DNA from: a virus
DNA: 39,345 nucleotides
UHGV virus genome: UHGV-0210810
Direction: 5' to 3' (one strand)
The notes beneath the pieces are model-generated. The model was not told where the DNA came from, did no database searches, and worked only from the letters and a program-made list of their open reading frames with translations. The position numbers and the translations under genes were made by a program. How positions within the stretch are numbered: position 1 is the first letter of the stretch; each line of letters opens with the position of its first letter. Positions 17,047 to 24,584 of the stretch are shown here, one piece after another.

Positions 17047-17163
17047 TCTTATTCACCTCCTGTTTAGGGGCAAAATAGCCAAAAAACGACCCTTCCCCTT
17101 CTTGTTTGTATAAGATGACTATCAGACAGCCTTATAAAAAAATATCTTTGTTGTTTATTTTAG

Positions 17164-17317
17164 TTGAGTTTACTTAAGTTTTGTTATATACTTAAGTTGC
17201 GATAAATAATAAACAAAGCTAAAGTAAATTTGATGTTTTTATAAGGTTTCTTAAGCACAGCCCTATAATACATCAGTTTTCTTAACTTGTCAAGGCTATT
17301 TGCTTAAGATTTTTTAA
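17164..17317. promoter_or_regulatory. Lysis/lysogeny switch: face-to-face promoters and four operators
   Basis: Plus TTGAGT-N17-TATACT (17164-17192); minus TTGACA-N17-TATTAT (17293-17265); TTAAG-N4-CTTAA-like palindromes at 17164, 17241, 17272 and 17304. Confidence 0.7.
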
Positions 17318-17349
17318 GTATTTTGAGCTTTGTGAAAGGTTGACAAACT

Positions 17350-17790
17350 ATGTATGAAATTTTTGCGCAACTTTGCAAACAACATGGAGTAACTCCATAT
17401 AAAGTATCGAAGGAAACAGGAGTGTCCCAGCCAACCCTCAGCGAGTGGAAGAAGGGAACCTATACACCAAAGCAAGACAAACTGCAAAAGATTGCTGATT
17501 ACTTTGGAGTAACTCTCGATTACCTGATGGGCAACACCCACGCCGATGAACAAACACCCCCAGAAATGCAAAAAGCGCCCACCCTTAATAAAAAGGATGA
17601 GCGCGATATAAAAAAGAAAATGGATGAAATGCTGGAGCTCTTTGATTCGGCGGACGCCCTCATGTTTGACGGTGAACCACTGGACGAAGAAACTCGCCAG
17701 CTCCTCCGGGACAGTTACGAAAACCAGCTCCGCATTACCAAGCAACTGGCAAAAGCGAAATTTACTCCTAAAAAATACAAAGAGAAGTAG
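17350..17790 (+). CDS. Prophage repressor, XRE/ImmR-like
   Basis: HTH YKVSKETGVSQPTLSEWKKG...KIADYFGVTLDYL; no S24 peptidase; C-terminal LMFDGEPL...KFTPKKY. Confidence 0.9.
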   Translation: MYEIFAQLCKQHGVTPYKVSKETGVSQPTLSEWKKGTYTPKQDKLQKIADYFGVTLDYLMGNTHADEQTPPEMQKAPTLNKKDERDIKKKMDEMLELFDSADALMFDGEPLDEETRQLLRDSYENQLRITKQLAKAKFTPKKYKEK

Positions 17791-17798
17791 GTGAAGCC

Positions 17799-18224
17799 GT
17801 GACAAGCAAAGAAACCGCCGCTACCATAGCCACTAAGCATGGTACCCGAGACCCGTTCCGGCTATGCAAGGCTCTTAATATCATCGTGCTGTTTGAGCCG
17901 CTCGGCACCGTCCGCGGCTACTACTCGAAATCCCATCGTTTCAAAGTAATCCACATCAATCAGAATTTGCCCGAGCAAAAGCAGTTGTTTACCTGCGCAC
18001 ACGAATTGGGGCACGCCCTGATGCACCCGAACGCCTGCACGCCTTTCCTGCGAGAGCACACCCTTTTTTCGGTGGACAAGTTGGAAGTGGAGGCAAACCG
18101 ATTTGCTACCTGTCTCTGCTATCCACCCAATCTGCTGGCAGAGGAGTACGAGGGCTGCACCACCACACAGATAGCAGAAATACTCAATCTACCGTTGCCC
18201 TTAATAGAATATACACTAAAATAA
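17799..18224 (+). CDS. ImmA/IrrE-family metallopeptidase (anti-repressor protease)
   Basis: FTCAHELGHA..H and EVEANRFA motifs; next to the repressor. Confidence 0.92.
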   Translation: MTSKETAATIATKHGTRDPFRLCKALNIIVLFEPLGTVRGYYSKSHRFKVIHINQNLPEQKQLFTCAHELGHALMHPNACTPFLREHTLFSVDKLEVEANRFATCLCYPPNLLAEEYEGCTTTQIAEILNLPLPLIEYTLK

Positions 18225-18332
18225 AAAAGCCCCACTCAGACCGGTTCTCTGAGTGGGACAACAAGAAAATTGCGCGGTTCCGTCACACAACCTTCTCGAA
18301 TTCTATTATATCAGATTGGCTAAAAATGTCAA
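18224..18332 (-). ncRNA. Candidate ~75-nt small RNA with its own promoter and terminator
   Basis: Minus TTGACA-N16-TATAAT (18332-18305); CCCACTCAGA/TCTGAGTGGG stem plus T6. Confidence 0.5.
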
Positions 18333-18454
18333 TCAGAAAAACCGCCCTCCGTGCATCAACACAGAGAATGGTATAGAATACATTGCCGACATTGGCAAAT
18401 CAATCCCCATGCCAAAGGACGACGCTCATATCGTCAATGAAAGGAGATGATCGC

Positions 18455-18748
18455 ATGGACCTTTCCCCCGCCCTGCAAAAGCAGATCGCACAGCTCGGCG
18501 CCCGCTACGGTGCCACAAAGATTGTCCTGTTTGGCTCCCGTGCGCGTGGGGACAACCATCCCCGCAGCGACATCGACCTTGCCATCTACGGGATGCCCGA
18601 AAGGCAGCAGGCTTCCTTCTACTTTGCGGTCGAGGAAGAGCTGCAAACGCTGTTAAAATTTGACCTGGTACACATTACGCAGCACACCAGTCCCGCGCTG
18701 CTGCAAAATATTCAAAAGGATGGTGTCACCCTCTATGAGCAAGTATAA
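18455..18748 (+). CDS. Minimal nucleotidyltransferase antitoxin (MntA-like)
   Basis: FGSRARGDNHPRSDIDLA (GS-X10-DXD). Confidence 0.92.
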   Translation: MDLSPALQKQIAQLGARYGATKIVLFGSRARGDNHPRSDIDLAIYGMPERQQASFYFAVEEELQTLLKFDLVHITQHTSPALLQNIQKDGVTLYEQV

Positions 18749-19130
18749 AACGAAAGTGGAAAACTTCTGCCTTGCCGCTCAGCGTCTGAACGAAGCAAAC
18801 CTGGCTTTTGAGTCGGAACCTGACAACGAGCTTTACCGTGATGCTTTAATCCAGCGTTTTGAGTTTACCTTTGAGCTGGGTTGGAAGTCCATGAAGGAAT
18901 ATCTGGAAGATCAGGGGCTCACCGTCACCATTACCTTCCCAAAACAGGTTCTCAAAGAAGCTTATCGCTACCAGATGATTGACGATGAACAAATCTGGTG
19001 CGATATGCTTTCGTCTCGCAACCAGACTTCTCACATCTACGATGAATATACCGCCCAGCGGATTGCTAAAGCCATCAGCCAGGACTATGTCTCCGTTTTG
19101 CTGAAACTCAAAGAATACTATGAAAACTAA
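18735..19130 (+). CDS. HEPN protein (HI0074-type), HepT-like toxin
   Basis: RDALIQRFEFTFEL and R-X4-H motif RNQTSHIY; overlaps MNT. Confidence 0.9.
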   Translation: MSKYKTKVENFCLAAQRLNEANLAFESEPDNELYRDALIQRFEFTFELGWKSMKEYLEDQGLTVTITFPKQVLKEAYRYQMIDDEQIWCDMLSSRNQTSHIYDEYTAQRIAKAISQDYVSVLLKLKEYYEN

Positions 19131-19143
19131 AATATAAAAAAAG

Positions 19144-19280
19144 AACCGCCCTCTGTGCGCCAACACAGAAAGCGGCTCGGTTGCCCCGTAAAGGAGCGCG
19201 CATAATAATAAGATAGCACTGTTATTATAGCACTCTTTTGGTGGGCTGGCAACTGCATACCCAAAAGGAGTGTATTTTTT
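19144..19280. promoter_or_regulatory. Integrase leader: RBS-occluding hairpin and antisense promoter
   Basis: CACTCTTTTGG pairs with CCAAAAGGAGTG (contains the SD); minus TTGCCA-N17-TATAAT (19252-19224). Confidence 0.6.
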
Positions 19281-20381
19281 ATGCCAAAAAAGAAACTGTC
19301 CCCACCAGTGTGGGACGAGAAGAACCAGCGCTGGAAGAAAACTGCGTATTGCAACAACATGAGCAAAACATTTTACAGCAAAAAGAAAGGCGCTACCACA
19401 GCAGAGCGAGAGATCGCAGCGGCTATCAACGCCTGGAAGGAAAAGATAGAAGGGCTCACCGGATGCGGAAAGCTCACACCTATGTCGCGCGTGAAGGATG
19501 TATATGAGGATTTTAAAATTGATATAGAAGCTCGCACCAGTAAAGCAAACTGGCATACAGTAGAATGGCGCTTTGAGTCGTGGATTCTGCCGGTTATCGG
19601 CAACATCTCCATCCTTGATCTAAACGATGGCATCCTCCAAAAAGTGATAAACAATGCATATGCCAAAGGCAATCTATCTCACAAAACTCTACGCAATATG
19701 CGCGCTGATATGGCAGCCTTTTTAAAATTCTGCCGCAAAAATCAGATAACATCCTATCACCCGGAAGATATCGATATCCCCAGAAGTGCCGGGCGGCAGG
19801 AAAAGAAAATCTTGCAGCCTGATGATTTAAAGGTACTATTTTCCGTTGATACATCTATCATTAATAATCAGCGCGTACTTGAGCCGTATATCTACGCTTT
19901 CCGCCTCCAGGTGCTCCATTGTCTGCGCCCTGGCGAGGTTGGAGGGCTTAAAAAATCTGATAGAGTAGGCGATATTGTGCGAGTACAGCGCTCCATCAAT
20001 AGCGAGAAAGAAATCACCAGAGGCAAAAACGATAACGCAGTCCGCGCCTTCCAGCTCTCAGAACTCGGGAAAGAGTGCTGGGACAAGCAAGTTGCCTTAT
20101 CAGATTCCGAATGGCTTTTCCCGGGCTTTGTAACAGATACCTACCGCAAACGCTTGCGCTCATACTGCCTATCTAATAATATCACGCTGGTAACTCCCTA
20201 TGAGCTCCGACATACATCTTTTTCGGTGATGCAGGCCTTGCCGGAAGGACTCGTAAAATCCGCCGGTGGGCACTCTCAAAACATGGATACTTTCGGTGTG
20301 TACGGGCATGAGGTACAAGGTGATATGGACTTAACAGCCCAGCTTGTGCAGGAACGATTTGATAAGCTTCTCGGGAAATAG
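19281..20381 (+). CDS. int: Tyrosine integrase
   Basis: LRPGEV.GL, K, YELRHT, GHS and catalytic Tyr in VYGH. Confidence 0.93.
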   Translation: MPKKKLSPPVWDEKNQRWKKTAYCNNMSKTFYSKKKGATTAEREIAAAINAWKEKIEGLTGCGKLTPMSRVKDVYEDFKIDIEARTSKANWHTVEWRFESWILPVIGNISILDLNDGILQKVINNAYAKGNLSHKTLRNMRADMAAFLKFCRKNQITSYHPEDIDIPRSAGRQEKKILQPDDLKVLFSVDTSIINNQRVLEPYIYAFRLQVLHCLRPGEVGGLKKSDRVGDIVRVQRSINSEKEITRGKNDNAVRAFQLSELGKECWDKQVALSDSEWLFPGFVTDTYRKRLRSYCLSNNITLVTPYELRHTSFSVMQALPEGLVKSAGGHSQNMDTFGVYGHEVQGDMDLTAQLVQERFDKLLGK

Positions 20382-20388
20382 CCCTTGA

Positions 20389-20640
20389 TTTTGATGGTGT
20401 TTTTGATGGTGGATTTTCCAACTTATAGAGCGGTTTTTATCCGTATATGATTTTTAATCCCTAAAAAATCGGCATAATCAAGCCAAAAAGCAGCAAATCA
20501 ATTTGTATGCTGTTGATTTAAAGCCGGTCCGAATCCCGCCAGCCCAGCCAAAGAGTAACCTTCAACAAACGGCTTGTTTATACGGTTTGTTGAGGGTTTT
20601 CTTTTTGTGATTTTTCACTTTGACCTTGTTTTGACCTTGT
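20389..20640 (+). other. attP; core 20530-20550 matches the 3' end of tRNA-Gln
   Basis: CGAATCCCGCCAGCCCAGCCA resembles the T-arm/acceptor/CCA of Firmicute tRNA-Gln; arm-like tandem repeats TTTTGATGGTG x2 (20389, 20401) and TTTGACCTTGT x2 (20619, 20630); terminator hairpin at 20557-20600. Confidence 0.82.
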
Positions 20641-20708
20641 TTTTCAAAATTCCAAAGCAAAACACTTCCTTTGCCCCCAATAGTTTGTCTGCTCAATAAG
20701 CAAAAATC

Positions 20709-20742
20709 ACCCTCCCCGGATACTTCCGAGGAGGGCTTTTTT
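20709..20742. terminator. Terminator at the end of the lysis operon (probably bidirectional)
   Basis: CCCTCCCCGGA...TCCGAGGAGGG with flanking A and T runs. Confidence 0.65.
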
Positions 20743-20762
20743 AGTCCTGGATAGTCATAGAT

Positions 20763-21134
20763 TTAGTCTTTGGCTTCCACCTCTTCCTGCTCCTGCTGCT
20801 CTTGCATCACTGCCAGCTTGTCGCGGACCGGGAGCTCTTTTAAATCCTCCATCAACTTGGTAACGGTGCCGTTGCCGCCGAGCTTGTGGTACTCATCGTA
20901 CATTTTCTGCGCTGCTTCCAGCCCATGCAGGCTGATCCAGCCGCGCTCATAATAGTGATAGTATGCGTGTACCAGTTCTGCCCGCAGCAGGGCGATGATT
21001 GCTTCCTTTACTGCTGTTTGCCGCACTTCTTCTTCCTGCTGTTTCTTCCAGAGGCGGCGGATCAGATACCCGCCGCCTGCCAGAACCCCAGAAAAGAGTA
21101 CCTCCAGCCAATACTTTGCCAACCACTCCAGCAA
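20763..21134 (-). CDS. Membrane-anchored lysis-module protein (holin-like, LGGNG family)
   Basis: N-terminal TM; Y..YH.LGGNG.V..L. Confidence 0.65.
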   Translation of the reverse strand: MLEWLAKYWLEVLFSGVLAGGGYLIRRLWKKQQEEEVRQTAVKEAIIALLRAELVHAYYHYYERGWISLHGLEAAQKMYDEYHKLGGNGTVTKLMEDLKELPVRDKLAVMQEQQEQEEVEAKD

Positions 21135-21143
21135 ATCTATCGC

Positions 21144-21638
21144 CTACTCTCTAAAATAATCCTGCACAGCTTTGCATACCGCCTTTTCTGCGCCCTCTGC
21201 TTTTGGCAGATGCAGGTGCAGCATCGGCACTTTGCTGGTGTAAAACCATGGGATGTCCTTGACCTCTTTGAGCGGGATTTCCTCGGCTCCCAGCAGGATT
21301 GGGTCGATGCCGATCATCTTGAGCTGGTGCTTGTAGTAGCTCTGTGCCTGTCTGCTCTCCTTGGTGTCGCGGCGGACGTTGTGTCCCAGGCGATCGCCCA
21401 GCAGCCCCTCCACTCTGGTGATTTTGACTTTGCACTGTGCGGACTCATAGACAAACAGCACGTAGTCCGGCTCCAGCTGTGCCAGGGTGTAGTAATCCGG
21501 GTATGCCTTCGGAGCATCCAGCTCCACGACACCCTTCATGCCCTGTGCTTTCATTTCCTCCACGATTCTCTTTGCCATTGGATTGCCGTTTACACCTACT
21601 ACTGCGATTTTTTTCTTGCCCCAAAACAGATTTGCCAT
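21144..21638 (-). CDS. Hypothetical protein, possibly catalytically dead Amidase_3 fold
   Basis: Colinear pattern with the neighbouring endolysin (MA...E...G, PD, W...K.P, V.DY) but no obvious Zn ligands. Confidence 0.5.
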   Translation of the reverse strand: MANLFWGKKKIAVVGVNGNPMAKRIVEEMKAQGMKGVVELDAPKAYPDYYTLAQLEPDYVLFVYESAQCKVKITRVEGLLGDRLGHNVRRDTKESRQAQSYYKHQLKMIGIDPILLGAEEIPLKEVKDIPWFYTSKVPMLHLHLPKAEGAEKAVCKAVQDYFRE

Positions 21639-21657
21639 AAAACACTCTTCCTTTCTG

Positions 21658-21969
21658 TTACTCATTCACAAAATTTTTGATATGCGGATTATTTTTGATT
21701 TGCTCGCGCATCAGCTCCAGCGCCTCATCCACCCAGGTGCTAAATACGGCAAATGGCACCAGGTACTTGATGGGTGGAAATGCCTCGACTGCTAAATCGT
21801 AAACGTATCGCAATTTCAGCGCACCGGTGCCGCTGCCTAAGTACTGCTCTGCCTGCGTTACTGCCCAAAGCAACCACTCTTTGACGTTGCCCCGCATCCG
21901 CAGGTAGCCGATCAAGAGCAGCAGCAAAAAAGCACCCACCGTGCAGATGATACTCATGATTTGCTCCAT
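21658..21969 (-). CDS. Putative holin
   Basis: One N-terminal TM; WLLWAV..AE..LGSGTG.LKL..VY. Confidence 0.7.
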   Translation of the reverse strand: MEQIMSIICTVGAFLLLLLIGYLRMRGNVKEWLLWAVTQAEQYLGSGTGALKLRYVYDLAVEAFPPIKYLVPFAVFSTWVDEALELMREQIKNNPHIKNFVNE

Positions 21970-21989
21970 AACCTTACACCTCCTTCCCC

Positions 21990-22793
21990 TTAAATCATAT
22001 TCACAAACCCGCCAAAGCCCTTTTTCTTGAGGTCGCCGGCGGTTTTTTGTGCTTCTTCTTGTGTCGCAAATTTGCCGACACATACTTTTGCAAGGGCATC
22101 GTTTTTGAAAAACACGAAATACCCCATATCGCTAAGCTTGGTGTACAGGTCCGCAGCGCTTTTTGCCGATGCAAATGCTCCCACCTGTACGGTGTACATC
22201 AGCTTTTTGTCTGCCTGCGGCTTGTCCACCTGCGGTTTAATCGCAATCCCCAGATAATCCAGCACACCCCACGCATACACCCGACCAAACGCCTGCTGTC
22301 TGGCTGCTGTGTTGTAATCGCTGCTGTCTGTGGCATTGTCTACAAAAAAGCCCTCGCACAGCACCGCCGGCGCTTTTACCTGCCTGCACCAGCCAAAGTA
22401 GTCAGTGCCGGAACCGTTGAGCCTGGTTTTTACCCCGCGGGACTTCTGCCCGGATGCAACCACCCTTGCCTCAATGCACTGCGCCAGCTTGATGGACTTT
22501 GTCGCATAGCCGTTGGTCTGGTGGTAGACTTCGAAGCCATCTCCTCCACCTGCGTTGTTGTGGCACTCTACCGCCACATCGGGTGCAAAAGCGTTTGCTT
22601 CTTTGATTTCCTCTGTCAGCGGATCATCCTCGTCTTTCAGGCGGGAAACTCCCACTATAATGCCATGCCGCTCCAGCTCCGCTTTCAGTCCCAGCGCCAT
22701 CTGAAGGTTGGCATCTGCCTCTTTGATGTACTTTAGGGCACCGGGGTCTTTGCCGCCATGCCCGACTCCGATAAACACTCGCTTTGTCATCAT
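21990..22793 (-). CDS. Endolysin: N-acetylmuramoyl-L-alanine amidase (Amidase_3) + SPOR domain
   Basis: GHGG.DPGA, KE, ECHNN and PAVLCE; C-terminal YTVQVGAF. Confidence 0.93.
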   Translation of the reverse strand: MMTKRVFIGVGHGGKDPGALKYIKEADANLQMALGLKAELERHGIIVGVSRLKDEDDPLTEEIKEANAFAPDVAVECHNNAGGGDGFEVYHQTNGYATKSIKLAQCIEARVVASGQKSRGVKTRLNGSGTDYFGWCRQVKAPAVLCEGFFVDNATDSSDYNTAARQQAFGRVYAWGVLDYLGIAIKPQVDKPQADKKLMYTVQVGAFASAKSAADLYTKLSDMGYFVFFKNDALAKVCVGKFATQEEAQKTAGDLKKKGFGGFVNMI

Positions 22794-23170
22794 TTCATAC
22801 CTCTCTGTTCGTTTGTTTTTTCTTCTTTTATCTGACCGTCAAATCCTTTTTTGAGCGCTCCTGCCCTGCCGTGCTGCTTAATCAGCTGATTGAGGCAGAT
22901 GGCAGCAGCCGCCAGCACATACCCCTGTCCGATGCTCACCGCCGCCAGAATCACCCACTGCATCCAGCCCACCGGCTCGCAGGCAGCCACACTTACCAGT
23001 GCCGAAAGCAGTACCCCGACCAGACACAGGATGCCCGGTATCAGGGTATCATCGATGCGGATGGAGCGCTTGATGATGCTCCCCAGCGCATACAGGCAAG
23101 GTACCAGCCACACCGTTTCCGGCGATATGTACTCCTTCACCAGCGCCGAGATTTCGCTTAACTCGTTCAT
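22790..23170 (-). CDS. Phage holin family protein
   Basis: Three TM segments; LVPCLYALG.IIK...IP.IL...NQLIKQ. Confidence 0.8.
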   Translation of the reverse strand: MNELSEISALVKEYISPETVWLVPCLYALGSIIKRSIRIDDTLIPGILCLVGVLLSALVSVAACEPVGWMQWVILAAVSIGQGYVLAAAAICLNQLIKQHGRAGALKKGFDGQIKEEKTNEQRGMK

Positions 23171-23251
23171 TTACCAATCACCTCCTTTCATATAAAACTC
23201 CAAAGCAAAAGGGAAATTGCCCTAAAAAGAGCAACTTCCCTTTGTTTTATG

Positions 23252-24016
23252 CTATTCGGCTTTCTCTTCCAGTTCGATCTGTTCGACCTTTCTTCCCAGA
23301 ATCTTGTTGAGCAGGTACACCTGCCCTTTTCCGGTCACCTTTGGAGTGCGGTTGATGCTGGTGTGTCCGTCGCTGTGGGTCACACAGGTTTCCTTGATTT
23401 TGAACAGTCCCAGTTCCATCGACTTCTGGGTCGGCATATTGTAACTACTGCCTTTCTGCTTGATCAGGTACCCGTTTTCCCGCAGCCACTGGAACAATCT
23501 GTTCGGTCCCATCTCCACGCCGTTCTGCCGCAGAATCTTTGCCAAATCTCCAATCAGGATTGCACTGCCCGAAACGCTCACCGCATCGGCAAACAGCACC
23601 TTCGGCTTATCCTTCTCAATCTTCTGTTCCAGATGGACGGTTCTCTCCTCCAAACTGCCGATCCGATTGTTTGCCATCTTCAGCGCCCTTGCCATCACCA
23701 GTTCTGGGCTATTCCAGTCCTTTTCCAGCTGAATGAAATACTGCCGCGCCTGTTTGCCGCGCTCGTTGCGTTGCAGCATACAGATTTCTTTTGCCATATC
23801 AATGGTGAGCTGGGCATCCTGTTTTGGTTTCCCTGGAAGCCCGTCAGACCTATTCGCCAAAAATGGCGAATAGTCTATATTCTCGGTAAATCCATATTCG
23901 CACATCCTTTTGAACCAATGGGAAAATTCGCTTCCCACTTCCAAAAACTCGTGCAAATCTCTTGCCAATACGGTCGGTCTGTCGTTGTCATAATTGACTT
24001 GAATCAACTCATTCAT
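23252..24016 (-). CDS. Second antirepressor (AntA/AntB + ANT/KilAC)
   Basis: ARDLHEFLEV, W..RM.EYGF.EN.DY, DMAKEICM.QR.E.G.QARQYFI and ANT C-terminus. Confidence 0.92.
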   Translation of the reverse strand: MNELIQVNYDNDRPTVLARDLHEFLEVGSEFSHWFKRMCEYGFTENIDYSPFLANRSDGLPGKPKQDAQLTIDMAKEICMLQRNERGKQARQYFIQLEKDWNSPELVMARALKMANNRIGSLEERTVHLEQKIEKDKPKVLFADAVSVSGSAILIGDLAKILRQNGVEMGPNRLFQWLRENGYLIKQKGSSYNMPTQKSMELGLFKIKETCVTHSDGHTSINRTPKVTGKGQVYLLNKILGRKVEQIELEEKAE

Positions 24017-24017
24017 A

Positions 24018-24260
24018 TTATTTTTCTCCTTCCCTGAGCATATTTTTTAATGACTGCTCGATAGAATAGATATAATCGAATATAATGTCTGAAAATGTGC
24101 TGAAATGCTGGTAATAAAATTTCAGCCGTTCCGCACTGGGGTTCGCTTCTCCGAAGTAGTCCTGCATCAAGTCACCGGCAATCACTTTTGCTTTTTCACA
24201 GGAAATTTGTAATTCCATCAAATCAGCGTCCAATATCTGTATTGCTTCTTTTCTGTCCAT
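24018..24260 (-). CDS. Hypothetical protein co-transcribed with the antirepressor
   Basis: MDRKEAIQ...; AGGAGG RBS. Confidence 0.7.
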   Translation of the reverse strand: MDRKEAIQILDADLMELQISCEKAKVIAGDLMQDYFGEANPSAERLKFYYQHFSTFSDIIFDYIYSIEQSLKNMLREGEK

Positions 24261-24289
24261 AATAAAAAGACCTCCTGTCAATTTTTCGT

Positions 24290-24396
24290 TTGACAAAGAA
24301 GCCTTACCTGATGTAAAATAGATTTCAGATAAGGGTTTCCTTGTCGGCAAAGAAACAGTCTGTAACTTTCCTACGGTGGCAGGCTGTTTCTTTTTT
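24290..24396 (+). ncRNA. Candidate Sar-like antisense RNA against the antirepressor operon leader
   Basis: TTGACA-N18-TAAAAT (24290-24319), then AAGAAACAG...CTGTTTCTT-T6 terminator. Confidence 0.55.
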
Positions 24397-24568
24397 ATTT
24401 ACTGAGTTCTTCGTCAATTTTTTCGTTTAACCATTCTGTTTTACTTTTGCCTATTTCATGGAGTCTTTTTTCAAAGGACTCCATTTTTTTTCGTTCAATG
24501 ACAGCACTAAATGTTTTCTGGTTTTCACGTCTTGATTTCATATACTCAGCTCTACTTTTTTCCGCGAT
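24395..24568 (-). CDS. Ribbon-helix-helix (Arc-like) regulator, apparent ATC start
   Basis: Manual translation (M)AEKSRAEYMKSRRENQKTFSAVIERKKMESFEKRLHEIGKSKTEWLNEKIDEELSK*; AAGGAGGTG SD 6 nt before ATC. Confidence 0.72.
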   Translation of the reverse strand: MAEKSRAEYMKSRRENQKTFSAVIERKKMESFEKRLHEIGKSKTEWLNEKIDEELSK

Positions 24569-24584
24569 TTAAAACACCTCCTTG

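Larger units (their letters stand above)
18340..19176 (+). repeat. Imperfect 33-bp direct repeats flanking the MNT-HEPN cassette (18340-18372 and 19144-19176)
   Basis: AACCGCCCTCCGTGCATCAACACAGAGAATGGT vs AACCGCCCTCTGTGCGCCAACACAGAAAGCGGC, 26/33 identical. Confidence 0.75.

Noticed and set aside
18253..18450. 65-aa plus-strand ORF before MNT
   Set aside because: Runs through a terminator, promoter and repeat and has no RBS; better explained as regulatory DNA
18846..19556. 236-aa minus-strand ORF
   Set aside because: Overlaps HEPN, the int leader and the integrase in antisense; low-complexity hydrophobic translation
20523..20550. tRNA gene
   Set aside because: Only the T-arm/acceptor 3' portion is present, with no D or anticodon arm; treated as the attP core
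20389..20640. Short tandem repeats as iterons or a mini-CRISPR
   Set aside because: Only two copies each, placed on either side of the att core like integrase arm-binding sites
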